NCBI GenBank assembly: GCA_951406725.2
Contig: OX597837.1
Location: forward strand, 23,870,001-23,934,000
Direction: 5' to 3'
DNA length: 64,000 bases
DNA from: Octopus vulgaris
Lineage: Eukaryota
Positions 1-12,714 of this stretch are shown piece after piece. A program made the translations under genes and the position numbers. The first letter of the stretch is position 1. Each line of letters starts with the position of its first letter. The notes below the pieces were generated by a model, which saw nothing but the letters and a program-made list of their open reading frames with translations, was not told the origin of the DNA and did not search any database.

Positions 1-58
1 CGAAGTACTGCTAAGCATTTCACCTGGCGTGATAACGATTCTGCCATCTTGCCACCAG

Positions 59-305
59 ATTGTATGATACTTGTGTACAAACTGCAATGGGCTGTGAATG
101 GAGAGGATGTGTAAAAATTAGAAAGAAATGAAGCTAAAATGTTCCACTGGATGTGTAAATGTCAGTGCATGTATAACAAAGTACAAATGTGTTGAGAGAA
201 AAATTGGACATAAGAGGTGTCAGATATGGTATGTAGGTATGAAGACTCTGATGGTATGGTCATGTGATGCAGATAAAGAAGTGCTGTATAAAGAAGTGCT
301 AATTG
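59..305 (+). mobile_element. Decayed RTE-clade LINE ORF2 C-terminal fragment
   Basis: Reading across stops and frameshifts gives WAVNGEDV*KLERNEAKMFHWMC...LREKLDIRGVRYGM*V*RL*WYGHVMQ, typical of the post-RT region of RTE elements. Confidence 0.7.
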
Positions 306-839
306 CTAACTATACAGACCCTGAATGAGAACCACTGATCATGCTTATTAGTTCCAGGCTGGCCAAACCATTCCAGCCTAGAAAAAATGGATATTAAATG
401 ATGATGGTGATATCTATGTGAGTACAAAAGTACAGTGGCTGTATTCAGTACATAGAGTTAAATTTAGTAACAATGGTAAACAACTGTTGAAAATCTAGTT
501 GTTTTTCTGTTGTTTATTATTAATATTATATATATATATATTTATGTATATATTTATGTATATGTATACATTTGCATGTAGAACTCTGCGTGTGAGCAAG
601 TGTTTATTTCTTCTTTGTTTTTTTTTATGTTTTTCATTTCGCTATTCCCAAGCCATCAATTTCTTCCTAAATAATTGCTTCTAAAAAAAAAAAAGTACTA
701 TTGATTTTGATCTTAAATTCTTTGGTGGAATTTTGTCCGCAACAACTGTTTTCCTAAGAAATTATTTTTACTGTACGAAAAGAAAATGGAAACAACAACA
801 ACAACAATAATAATAATAATAATAATGATGATGATAACA

Positions 840-1039
840 AGGCATCAAGCTGACAAAATCATTAGCATGCCCGGCAAAATGCTTAGGGGCATTTAATCCG
901 TTTTTATGTTCAGATTCTTCCAACTTTACCTTTCATCCTTCTGGGGTCGATAAAAGAGTACCATTTGAGCACTGGTGTCAGTGTAATCAACTAGGCCACT
1001 CCATCGACCTTGCTAGCCATGTTCCAAAATTTGGAACCA

Positions 1040-1074
<35 letters not shown>

Positions 1075-1195
1075 ATTATTACTAAGGCAGTGAGCTGGCA
1101 GAATCATTAGCACACAGGGCAAAATGCTTAGCGGTGTTTCATCTGCCGCTCTGTTTTGAGTTCAGATTCCGCCGGCGTCAATTGAATAAGTACCA
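840..1195 (+). mobile_element. Two old, diverged SINE family B copies with (ATT)n tail
   Basis: Head ggcagtgagctggcagaatcattagcac and core cctttcatccttctggggtcgataaa. Confidence 0.7.
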
Positions 1196-1585
1196 TAAGG
1201 ACTGATTCTTGCTAATTCAGTTTTTGTTTAATCTACAAAATCTGCTGAGTATCTAAGTAATGATTATGCCCAAGTATTTATAGCCTTCACTAGATTTGGG
1301 CCATTTAGCTTTTACTTCGTTAGCTTCCTCATGATTCTGATGAATTCCTTCTCAATTTTTTGCTTTCATTTCTATAGTTAGTACTCTGTCAGATTCTAAT
1401 ACTCCTAGATACTTATAACTCTCTCCTTCGTTCAATGATTTTAATGTCTGACCATCTGGTAATTGAATGCCTTCACTGGTGACCACCTGTCTCTTTTTCA
1501 TGACTAACACTTCACACTTATCTATGCCAAATTCCATGCCTATATCTTTGTTGAAGATGCACACTTATCTATGTCAAATTTCACT
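1196..1585 (-). mobile_element. R4/Dong-like non-LTR retrotransposon RT fragment (pseudogenised)
   Basis: FNKDIGMEFGIDKC...LKSLNEGESYKYLGVLE, then KEFIRIMRKLTK*KLNGPNLVKAINTWA*SLLRYSADFVD*TKTEL; lies next to (TAA)n tracts. Confidence 0.75.
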
Positions 1586-1600
1586 ATTATTATTATTATT

Positions 1601-1910
1601 GAGTGAGAGAGCAGTGCATGCCATCAAAGTGACACTGGGGTAAAATATACGAAGTCCAGTATACCCTTCATGACTACTCGTCTGATAAGGGTACACTAGG
1701 CACATGCATCACAACCATACGTGCGTGACATGGTGCTCTCATATCAGGATAAACAACGCATGACCTTGCAGGTGGGGGCCCAGTTAGAATTTTCTTCTGG
1801 TCGAGTAACCCATCCCGCTCAAAAGGTCCCTGAACTAGGGTTGTTTAAGGATGTTGAACAAACCACCCATGTTTCCAAAGGTGAATTATCCAATTATTAT
1901 TATTATTATG

Positions 1911-1943
<33 letters not shown>

Positions 1944-2147
1944 GAGTGAGAGAGCAGTGCATGCCATCAAAGTGACACTGGGGTAAAATATACGAAGCCC
2001 AATATACCCATCATGACTACCCGTCTGATAAGGGTACACCAGGCACATGCATCACAACCATATGTGCGCGACATGGTGATCTCATATCAAGATAAACAGC
2101 ACATGACCTTGCAGGTGGGGCCCAGTTAGAATTTTCTTCAGGTTGAG

Positions 2148-2150
<3 letters not shown>
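1601..2150 (-). mobile_element. Two tandem copies of a (TAA)n-embedded retroelement end (about 290 and 205 bp)
   Basis: 1601-1892 and 1943-2150 are near-identical; on the - strand each ends ...ctgctctctcactc(aat)n. Confidence 0.6.
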
Positions 2151-2185
<35 letters not shown>

Positions 2186-2788
2186 TTTAAAAAAGGATTG
2201 ATGTAACTCTTCACAAAGGTAAACAGTCTAGATGAAGAGTGCGATTCGATTGTAATGGATATTTTATTGAACGATATTTCAACAGTATGTCTGTCTTTGT
2301 CAAGTTAAAAATTATTAATTAATAATAATAATAATAATGATAATAATAACGATAATAATAATAAAAATAGCATTGTCAATAATAATAATGACAATAATAA
2401 CAATAATTTCTTTATTGACTCACATATGCCTAAATATATAATGCAAAATATATCACTTAATAAGGATTATATGTATATATAAAGAAACAAAATAAATAGC
2501 ACTCAACACATTTAGTTATAGCTATAAGTATTTTATAGCAGGTTGATGCAATTCCACTTTGTTTAAATCTTTGAGTGCAGAACACATTCATATTGTCAGT
2601 GTATAGAATCAGAATGGAGAAAATTTAAAAGAAATTAAAAATATTTTCTGGATGAAAATATTTAGGTCTCCAGTTGTCAGATCAAACCACATTGATGCTT
2701 TAGCTTGTTGGTGACATGTACTCCTTTCATTACATGCTCCATGTGGTAGAGCATGCCGGATGTTGACATCAGTTGGTCAGCATTCTGA

Positions 2789-3021
2789 AAGGCAGCGAGC
2801 TGACAGAAACGTTAGCACGCCAGGCGAAATGCGTAGCCGTATTTTGTCTGCCGTTGCGTTCTGAGTTCAAATTCCGCCGAGGTCAACTTTGCCTTTCATA
2901 CTTTCGGGGTCGATAAATTAAGTACCAGTTACGCACTGGGGTCGATGTAATCGACTTAATCCGTTTGTCTGTCCTTGTTTGTCCTCTCTGTGTTTTGCCC
3001 CTTGTGGGCAATAAAGAAATA
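2789..3021 (+). mobile_element. SINE family B, full length
   Basis: ggcagcgagctgacagaaacgttagc...gggcaataaagaaata; TSD agcattctg at 2779-2787 and 3022-3030. The core resembles the Nin domain (from memory). Confidence 0.85.
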
Positions 3022-3649
3022 AGCATTCTGTAGGGTGTGACATTTCAACAACAACTGTTACCACATGGAGAAGTAACAGGGTTGGTGGTGTTGAGTTTTA
3101 TATCAGTTTGCATGGCAAGCATCTGTGTTGTTCACCTGTTGGAGGCACAAGGGCCATGAAGAGATGACTGATGACCTGTATGGAGACTATGTTTAAAGTG
3201 AAGAAGAGCTGTACACTGTCAACCCAAAACCTCCCATCTGTGACTGTCTTCAGTCTAGTGACAAGACCGAGTAAAGATAATTAAGGATGGAGATGAATGC
3301 AGTAGATGACCAAGATGCTTTATTTGCTTCATTTTCTTCTCTGCACTCCACAATATCTTTCCTTCTATTGAGCCATGAAGGTTCCTTCTGTAAAGTCCAC
3401 AGGATCCAGCCTTCACATGCCCAGGTAGGCAATCCCTAATATGCTAATTAACCCATAGCTGGGATCCTGACAAGTGGTACTACTTCATGTCAGAACAGAC
3501 CTGGGAACAACAGTGGCTAAGAGGTGGTTCTGCACTTTTCAAAACCCTGAAACTCTGAACTCAGGGCCTTATTATTAGAAGCAGTTTTAAGTCATGTCCA
3601 GCACACATGACATGCATAGCTGTATGGTGTAAGTATGGCAGGTGATAGA

Positions 3650-3841
3650 AGGCGGCGAGCTGGCAGAAACGTTAGCACGCCGGGCGAAATGCGTAGCCAT
3701 ATTTCATCTGCCGCTACGTTCTGAGTTCAAATTCCGCTGAGGTCAACTTTGCCTTTCATCCTTTCGGGGTCGATAAATTAAGTACCAGTTAATCTGTTTG
3801 TCTGTCCTTGTTTGTCCCCTCTGTGTTTAGCCCCTAGAAAT
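3650..3841 (+). mobile_element. SINE family B, internally deleted
   Basis: Same head and core; TSD aggtgatagaag at 3640-3651 and 3842-3853. Confidence 0.85.
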
Positions 3842-3959
3842 AGGTGATAGAAGACTGTAGTTATAGCATGATTTCACTATGAGTAGCAGAAATTGCATAC
3901 TCTGTAATTGTGCATGGGCTGGCTAGGCTCAGGGTGCAATTTCTGGTTACCAGTGTCCA

Positions 3960-4185
3960 GTGGCTTAAAGTTATGTAACAGGGAATATCTCTGGTGAGAA
4001 CAATAGATTGAGGCAGTTTTCCTGTTGATGCATACTGCATTCTGTTGCAGTATATGCAGTTTTTTTGTGGAGAGTGAGTTGGCACTTACAAACTCCAAGT
4101 AAGTAAGGAGGGTCCTCTTAAGGATGCTCCATGTGATGTTGGGGAAATCATTCACTTGGTTTCAGAGTTTCTAGATAAAGCGAGA
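3960..4185 (-). mobile_element. Degenerate Penelope-like element, GIY-YIG endonuclease C-terminus
   Basis: NITWSILKR...LSTKKLHILQQNAVCINRKTASIYCSHQRYSLLHNFK resembles the PLE C-terminal pattern IxWSILKxA..C.LC..EK..I....LN.R.E...CRH...LL.NFK. Confidence 0.45.
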
Positions 4186-4529
4186 TGAAGAGGAGGAGGA
4201 GTTCTCTATCACTTTATTTGAAGTTGACCTCAATGGAATTTGAACCCAGACTGTAAAGAGTCAGAAGAAATGTTGCTGAGTATTTTGTCTGATGTGCTAA
4301 TGATTCTATTAGTTTACTACCAATAATAATAGCTAGCAGTACCCATGGAAATTCCACTGCCCATTTATGTTGTACAGTGTCAGCTGTAAATATCTCCCTT
4401 GTCGGTAATATTATACAGTCATTTCCTTTGTAATCTTTTGGTTAATTTCTTGTAGCTAGACTCAAACACATACATGAACGCTCACTACAGCAGACACATG
4501 ACTACTCTCACACACAGGAATACATGCTC

Positions 4530-5000
4530 ATCATCATCATCATCATCATCATCGTTTAGCGTCCGCTTTCCATGCTGGCATGGGTTGGACGGTTCAACTG
4601 GGGTCTGGGAAGCCAGGAGGCTGCACCAGGCCCCAGTCTGATCTGGCAATGTTTCTACGGTTGGATGCCCTTCCTAACGCCAACCACTCTGTGAGTGTAG
4701 TGGGTGCTTTTTACGTGCCACCTGCACAGGTGCCAGACGAGGCTGGCAAACGGCTACGATTGGATGGTGCTTTATACGTGCCACCGGCACGGGGGCCAGA
4801 TGAGGCTGGCAACAGCCACAATCGGATGGTGCTTTTTATGTGCCACCAGCACGGAGGCCAGTCGGGGCGGCGCTGGCAACAGCCACGTTCGGATGGTTCT
4901 CTTATGTGCCACCAGCACTGGTATCACAGCTACAATTTCCATTGATGTTGATCGATTTTGATTTTGATTTTCACTTGCCTCAACAGGTCTTCACAAGTAG
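4530..5000 (-). mobile_element. RTE LINE 3' UTR fragment (family C) with (GAT)n tail
   Basis: Reverse complement of the 38101-38647 element, including its ~60-bp internal repeats. Confidence 0.8.
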
Positions 5001-5259
5001 GGTTTAAGAAAATGTTGATTGTAATGGAAATGTGGTGGCAGAGACAGCAGTGCTGGTTGTTACAATAGTGGTGGTAACAGAGAGTGTGGCAATGATGTTG
5101 GTGTTCATAATAGGGAAAGGAGAAAGATATAAAGAGCAAGAGGAAATGTGAGAATGAGATAACTAAAGATGCAGTAATGTCACACAGCATCCCACTTCTA
5201 AGACACTTTTTCTTTCTCTCTCTCTCTCTCTCTCTCTCTTATATCTCTTACTATTTTTT

Positions 5260-5470
5260 TATTTCTTTACTACCCACGAGGGGACAAACAAGGACAGACA
5301 AACGGATTAAGTCGATTTCATCGACCCCCCCCAGTGCGTAACTGGTTCTTAATTTATTGACCCCGAAAGGATGAAAGGCAAAGTCGACCTCGACGGAATT
5401 TGAACTCAGAACGTAACGGCAGACGAAATACGGCTACGCATTTCGCCCGGCGTGCTAACGTTTCTGCCAT
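5260..5470 (-). mobile_element. SINE family B
   Basis: Reverse complement of the family B consensus. Confidence 0.8.
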
Positions 5471-5689
5471 CTCTTACTATTACCAACTCCAACATCATCC
5501 CTGTTGTCTCCACCACCTCACTACAATAACAACCAATACCACTGTCTCCTACCACCACCATCACCAATACCATAACAATTGACTGCTTCTTACTATTTAA
5601 ATTTGTGTTGCCATTAGTGTTACAGGGATGGAAACATAATAATAATGATAATAATAATGATAATAATAATGATAATGATGATGAATGTG

Positions 5690-6670
5690 ACAATTTCTGG
5701 TTTAGGCACAAGATTGATGACTTTAAGGAGTGATGGTTCGCCAATACCATTGACCTCAGTATTTGTACTTTATTTTATCAATCTCAGAAGGATGAAAGAC
5801 AAAGTTGACCTCAGCAGGATTTGAACTCAGAATATAAAGTGGCAGAACAAATGGAGCATGACATTTTTTTTTTAATACTGTAATAATTCCTGCTGATCTA
5901 ATGTTTTGATAATAATAATAATAATAATAATACTGAAGATGATGAAGATGAAAATGATGATGATTTCAAGTTTTGTCAGCATTTTCAGGGATTGGGGTGA
6001 GTCGATTACATTGACCCCAGTGTTCAACTGGTACTTATTTTATTGAGCCCCAAAAGGGATGAAAGGCAAAGTTCACCTCAAAAGAATATGAACTCAGAAC
6101 GTAAGGACGAAATGCCACTAAGCACTTTGTTTGCTATGCTAACAGTTGTGCCAGCTCACCACCTTAGAAATAATAATAATAATAATGATAATAATAATAA
6201 TAATAATAATAACAATAATAATCCTTTCTACTATAGGCACAAGGCCTGAAATTTGGTGGGAGGGGGGCAGTCGATTGGATCAACCCCAGTACACAACTGG
6301 TACTTAATTTATCGACCCCAAAAGGATGAAAGGCAAAGTCAACCTCGGAGGGATTTGAACTCAGAACGTTAAGACAGACAAAATACCGCTAAGCATTTCG
6401 CCTGACATGCTCACGATTCTGCCAACTCACCACCTTAGAAATAATAATAATAATAATAATAATAATTCTAGGCACAAGGCCTGAAATTTGGTGCGAGGGG
6501 ATAGTTGATTGCATCAACCGCAGTACTTGACTGGTACTTATTTCATTGACCCTGAAGGGATGAAGGGCAAAGTTAACCTCAGCTGCTTTTGAATTCATAA
6601 TGTAAAGAGCCAGGAAAATGGCACAAAACATTTTGTCTGATGCAGTAATGACTCTGCCTGTTCACTGCCT
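5690..6670 (-). mobile_element. Cluster of four older SINE family B copies separated by (AAT)n
   Basis: ggatgaaaggcaaagt..acctc..ggatttgaactcagaa recurs near 5790, 6060, 6325 and 6560. Confidence 0.75.
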
Positions 6671-7283
6671 TGATAATAACAATAACGGTAACGGAAAACA
6701 AAACAAAAAATAACAAAAAACACAACAAAATCTAAAAATGTATAATAAAAAATAGGAAGAGAAGTAGAAAAAATGTTTAAAATTTTTTTTTAAATTATTG
6801 ATGACAATATAATATAATATAATATAATATCTAGCAAACATAAAAATTTTGTGTTTGATGTATTGGTATAGGGAGGGAGGTGCTTTGAAAAAGACTTTTT
6901 GTTTTGGGTTGTTTTTTTCAAATATAGATATAGTAAATAGCAAAATTACAAACTGTTAGATAATAAGTAATTGTTACTGATAGATGTTTATAATTGAAGT
7001 ACAAGTTATGTATTAAAATTCAACATTTAATTATATCAAATTAGAAAACTAAATAAACCTTGTAAAAATTAAATTTCCAAATCAAAAATCAAAACAACAG
7101 CAAAAAGAAAAAGAAAATACATTATACTTGAAGAACTTGTTAAAAAAAAAAGGATGATTGGTTTTTAAGAGTAAAAACTAGATTTTTACAGAAAATGGGT
7201 TGATGAATATATCACGGCAATGACTAATCCAATTTTAGTGTGTGAGTAGATTAACACAACCACTTTGAAGAAATATGCAACAT

Positions 7284-7428
7284 AGGTGTAGGAGTGGCTG
7301 TGTGATAAGTAGCTTGTTTACCAACCACATGGTTCCGGATTCAGTCCCACTGCATGGTACCTTGGGCAAGTGTCTTCTACTATAGCCTCGGGTCAACCAA
7401 AGCCTTGTGAGTGGATTTGGTAGACTGA
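7284..7428 (+). mobile_element. SINE family A, 5' portion
   Basis: tRNA-like head ggagtggctgtgtgataagtagc...ggattcagtccc, then ccttgggcaagtgtcttc. Confidence 0.8.
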
Positions 7429-7670
7429 AGTTGCTGGCCTCTGGCCTTGTGCCAAAATTTGAAATTAATATATTTCCTCCATCAGACTCTTATCACTCTC
7501 CTTCCGACCATTTCCCTTTACAATCCATGCACCCCAATTGCTCAAATTTCCATCCAGAATTAAATACTTGCCACTCTCTTTCATAATTGTTATTCACTAC
7601 CATTATTCCAACCCCACTCCTCCCATTTTAACCAGTTTATCCATCTTCCCTTCTGCTGAATAGAATAATA

Positions 7671-8039
7671 CTTAACCCTTTAGTGGCCATATGCAGCTCA
7701 GATATTCTACCCATCTAATACTCAAGATAGCTAGATTCAGCCTCTCATACCTACCCTAATATGTCATCCTAAAAATTTTGAAGCTGTAAGATAAAGCATG
7801 GGAATAAATAAGCATTACATTTGACAGAGTAATCTAAATGCTAAAGCATTAAACCAGCTATATCTAGCCAAAATGTTCTATCTGATTTATGGTCAAACTA
7901 GCCAGATTCAGCCTCTCACACACACCCTACCATGTCATTCTAAAAATAAAACAACTCATTGGAATCTTGGAGCTATGAGATAATGTCTGATTAATTAAAA
8001 ACAATGGGAATAAATAACCATTACATTTGACAGAGTAAT
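7671..8039 (+). repeat. TTAACCC-bounded interspersed repeat, two tandem ~180-bp units
   Basis: ctagattcagcctctca...gggaataaataagcattacatttgacagagtaat occurs twice; related copies near 40385-40475 and 48090-48280 (-). Confidence 0.55.
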
Positions 8040-8440
8040 AGGCGCAGGAGTGGCTGTGTGGTAAGTAGCTTGCTTACCAACCACATGGTTCCGGGTTCAG
8101 TCCCACTGCGTGGCATCTTGGGCAAGTGTCTTCTGCTATAGCCTCGGGCCGACCAATGCCTTGTGAGTGGATTTGGTAAACGGAAACTGAAAGAAGCCCG
8201 TCAGATATATGTATATATATATATATGTATGTTTGTGTGTCTGTATTTGTCCTCTTAGCATTGCTTGACAACCGATGCTGGTGTGTTTATGTCCCCGTCA
8301 CTTAGCGGTTCGGCAAAAAGAGACCGATAGAATAAGTACTGGGCTTACAAAGAATAAGTCCCGGGGTCGAGTTGCTTGACTAAAGGCGGTGCTCCAGCAT
8401 GGCCGCAGTCAAATGACTGAAACAAGTAAAAGAGAGAGAG
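8040..8440 (+). mobile_element. tRNA-derived SINE family A, full length (~400 bp)
   Basis: A-box-like tggctgtgtggt, B-box-like ggttcagtcc, CORE-like ccttgggcaagt, internal (TA/TG)n, tail gactgaaacaagtaaaagag. About 20 copies in the window. Confidence 0.9.
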
Positions 8441-8685
8441 TGCAAAAGAGTTAACCTGGTGCAGACCTACACATTTTGCTATGTGAATAAGCTATATACC
8501 TAATGAAACTTCAAAGTCACTGTCAATAAAATTATTACAGATATCAGATACAATTGTAGTTAATCCTTTAATCAGTATTTGTAGTTTTTATGCCTATAAA
8601 ATCATTCACTTTCAATTGTGTGTGTGTGTATGTGTGTGTTAACTAGGTGAGAGCATAATTAAAAGACTGATTCTGGATAAATATA

Positions 8686-9106
8686 CTCTCTTTTACTCTT
8701 TACTCTTTTACTTGTTTCAGTCATTTGACTGTGGCCATGCAGGAGCACAGCCTTTAATCGAGCAACTCGACCCCAGGACTTATTCTTTTTGTAAGCCCAG
8801 TACTTATTTTATCGGTCTCTTTTGCCGAACCGCTAAGTGACGGGGACGTAAACACACCAGCATCGGTTGTCAAGCAATGCTAGGGGAACAAACACAGACA
8901 CACAAACACACACATACATATACATATATATACATATATACGACAGGCTTCTTTCAGTTTCCGTCTACCAAATCCACTCACAAGGCATTGGTCAGCCTGG
9001 GGCTATAGCAGAAGACATTTGCCCAAGATGCCATACAGTAGGACTGAACCCTGAACCATGTGGTTGGTTAGCAGGCTACTTACCACACAGCCACTCCTGC
9101 GCCTAT
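8686..9106 (-). mobile_element. SINE family A, full length
   Basis: Reverse complement of 8040-8440. Confidence 0.9.
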
Positions 9107-9328
9107 ATGTATAAATTATTACAGATATCAGATACACTTGTAGTTAATCCTTTAATCAGTATTTGTAGTTTTTATGCCTATAAAATCATTCACTTTCAAG
9201 TGTGTGTGTGTTAACTAGGTGAGAGCATAATTAAAAGACTGATTCTGGATAAATATACATTGAGAAAGAAATAATAATAGTTAATGACTAATATCATTTT
9301 TCATTTATCTGCCAAGTACAGGAGACAA

Positions 9329-9369
9329 CTTCAGACCTGTTTCTGCTTGACTGAGCATCATCAGCAGAA
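9329..9369 (-). ncRNA. Hammerhead-ribozyme-like motif (type I, weak stem I)
   Basis: - strand reads CUGAUGA UGCU cagUca AGCA GAAAC ag GUC. Confidence 0.45.
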
Positions 9370-9529
9370 ATTTAACCTCACCATAACTTTCTGAAGTAGT
9401 CACAAACAAATTTCTCAAAGTAATCACAGAGAAGTCAGAAATATGTGTCTGTTAGTGTAAAAAGAGAGAATTGTTCTGAAATTGAATAAATAATTCTGAG
9501 ATGCCATTCACTTTGGAAAATAATTGTTA

Positions 9530-9586
9530 AATCTGTCTGTTTGTCTGTCTATTTATTTGTCTATCTCTATGACTGCCTGTTATGTA

Positions 9587-9630
<44 letters not shown>

Positions 9631-9681
9631 ACCTTCTATTTGTTAGATTTATCTATCCATCTATCTATCTATCCATATATC

Positions 9682-9712
<31 letters not shown>

Positions 9713-9900
9713 CTACCTCTCTGTCTGTCTGTCTATCTATCTATCTACCTATCTACCTGTCTATCTATCTATCTACCTATCTACCTGTCTATCTATCTAT
9801 CTACCTGTCTACCCATCTATCTATCTCTATCTATCTACCTATCTATCTATCTCTGTCTATCTATCTATCTATCGGTCCATCTCCCTATCTATTTGTCTCT
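9530..9900. repeat. (TATC/TGTC/TC)n compound microsatellite
   Basis: Directly visible. Confidence 0.95.
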
Positions 9901-10205
9901 TTGTATATCTGACTATACAGGCATACACATACATTTATGTGTATGTAAAGCATTCGTCAGTAGTTTAGTTGTTGCTTAGCCCCTGGTTAGTTCTGACTGT
10001 ATTGAGCTACCATCAAATATGTTCCAAGTATGACTATAAATGGTTATTTTCAACCATTGAGTTTCAAGAACTACATTTTCTGTCTAAAATATACTTATGT
10101 ATGTCATTTATTCTTACATTTGTTTTATCATTTTTGCCACTTTATTTCTGTTGAAATACTCTGATTTTGTCCGACTTAACTTTTAAAATAGTGAAAAATT
10201 TAGTA

Positions 10206-10607
10206 CTCTTTACTCTTTTACTTGTTTCAGTCATTTGACTGCGGCCATGCTGGAGCACCGCCTTTAGTCGAGCAACTCGACCCCGGGACTTATTCTTTGT
10301 AAGCCCAGTACTTATTCTATCGGTCTCTTTTACCGAACCGCTAAGTGACGGGGACATAAACACACCAGCATCGGTTGTCAAGCGATGTTGGGGGGGACAA
10401 ACACAGACACACAAACACACACACACATATATATACATATATACGATCAGCTTCTTTCAGTTTCCATCTACCAAATCCACTCACAAGGCTTTGGTCGGCC
10501 CGAGGCTATAGTAGAAGACACTTGCCCAAGGTGCCACGCAGTAGGACTGAACCAGAACCATGTGGTTGGTAAGCAAGCTACTTACCACACAGCCACTCCT
10601 GCGCCTA
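10206..10607 (-). mobile_element. SINE family A
   Basis: Full-length match to the family consensus. Confidence 0.9.
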
Positions 10608-11609
10608 TAACTTTGACATTATTTTACTGGTGCTTGGAGCAAATTAACATAAAATTTTGAGAGAAGATTTTAATTTAGATCATTTTAATATAGGAAGTTT
10701 AACACTTTTGTTACCATATTTCTGTTTAGAGACTCTGTGTTTCTTTCAATTAATTTTAAATGTAACAAGGAATTTAGTAAAATAACTTAGTTATCATTAA
10801 GCAAGTGTTAGGAACATAAATTGTGACTAAGGTTTGGTGGAAGATTTTAATTCAGAACTTTTGAAAACAAGACATTTGTACTACAGAGCCAGAGGTGGTT
10901 TCAGGTGGGTTGGTATCAAAATGGTTAAGACAGGAAGAACTAGCAGTGACCCAAGGTGTCTTCATACTTATGTATCATTCATTTTTACATCTGTTTTGTT
11001 ACCATATTTCTGTTGAGAGACTCTGTGTCTCTTTCAATTAATTTTAAATGTAACAAAGAATTTAGTAAAATAACTTAGTTATCATTAAGCTAGTGTTAGG
11101 AACATAAATTGTGACTAAGGTTTGGTAGAAGATTTTCATTCAGAACTTTTGAAAACAAGACATTTGTACTACAGGGCCAGAGGTGGTTTCAGGTGGGTTG
11201 GTATCAAAATGGTTAAGACGGGAAGAACTAGCAGTGGCTTAAGGTGTCTTGATACTTATGTATCATTCATTTTTACATCTGTTTTACATCTGTCTTACAT
11301 CTGTTTTGTTACCATATTTTTGATGAAATGCACCGCCTTTGTTTCACTTAGCTTTCGAAATAATGTAAAATAATTTTGACAATATTTTGCTGATATTTGG
11401 AACAAATTAACATAAAATTTTGAAGGAAGATTTTAATTTAGATTACTTCAAGATAAGAAGAATTACTGGTGGTCTACAGTGTCTTGGAACTTATATATCA
11501 CACATTCTTACATTTGTTCTAACATTTTTGTTGCTACATTTCTGTTGAAAGACACTGTCTTTGTTTCTCTTCACTTTTAAAATAAAGAAAAATCTATCAA
11601 ATTAGCATT

Positions 11610-12016
11610 ACTCTTTACTCTCTTACTTGTTTCAGTCATTTGACTGTGGCCATGCTGGAGCACTGCCTTTAGTCGAGCAAATCGACCCCAAGGCTTATTC
11701 TTTGTAAGCCCAGTACTTATTCTATCGGTCTCTTTTGCCGAACCGCTAAGTTACGGGAACGTAAACACACCAACGTCGGTTGTCAAGCAATGTTGGGGGG
11801 GACAAATACAGACACACAAACATATACACACACATATATATACATATATATGACGGGCTTCTTTCAGTTTCCATCTCCCAAATCCCCTCACAAGGCTTTG
11901 GTCAGCCCAAAGCTATAGTAGAAAACACTTGCCCAAGGTGCCACACAGTGGGACTGAACCCGGAACCATGTGGTTGGTAAGCAAGCTATTTACCACACAG
12001 CCACTCCTACGCCTAT
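11610..12016 (-). mobile_element. SINE family A
   Basis: Full-length match to the family consensus. Confidence 0.9.
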
Positions 12017-12459
12017 TTTTCTGGTATTTGAAACAAATTAACATGAAATTTTGACGGCAGATCTTAATTTAGATCACTTTAAGATTGAAAGTTTAAGACA
12101 AGAACTAATGTTTATCTGAGGTGTCAGTACTTATATATTAATCATTCTCACACCTATTTCAACACTCTGGTTATCATATATCTGTTGAAATGCACTGATT
12201 TTATTCCACTTAACATTCAAAATAATGAAAAATTTGGTAAAATAACTGTCGTTTAGCTGGGTACCTGGAGCAAATTAACGTAAAATTTTGATGGCAGATT
12301 TTTAATTCCAATCACTTTAAAATAGGATGTTTGTATTGCAGATCTTCTGATGGTCTAAGATGGCTCGATATCAAGAGTGTTTAGTTGTTTTGCACAATCT
12401 GGATCTTTTACCTGATTCTCATGTCAAGGATCACTTATTGTGCACTTATTCTGAATATG

Positions 12460-12460
<1 letters not shown>

Positions 12461-12505
<45 letters not shown>

Positions 12506-12607
12506 TGTAGTAGTAGTAGTAGTTGTAGTAGAGTAGTAGTAGTAGTAGTAGTAGTAGTTGAAGTAGTAGTAGTTGAAGTAGTAGTAGTTGAAGTAGTAGT
12601 AGTAGTA
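12461..12607. repeat. (TAG)n microsatellite
   Basis: Directly visible. Confidence 0.95.
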
Positions 12608-12714
12608 TGGGGGCATGCACTGTAACAGCGCATTGCTGCTTCAATTTGTTAGGGATTTCCTACTACTGCCAGCTGATGATGCCTTTGCATCACTCAGGCG
12701 ACAACCCTCTAACC

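Larger units (their letters stand above)
10095..12380 (+). repeat. Degenerate tandem array of ~230-290 bp units, interrupted by two SINEs
   Basis: 10710-10997 and 10998-11285 are near-identical (288-bp period); gttaccatatttctgttga and aaattaacataaaattttga recur in the diverged flanking units. Confidence 0.75.

Noticed and set aside
8074-8271. Recurrent ORF family ...DGLLSVSVYQIHSQGFGRPEAIVEDTCPRCHAVGLNPEPCGW (over 10 copies)
   Set aside because: It is the antisense translation of SINE family A, with non-ATG starts and microsatellite frameshifts; not a gene family.
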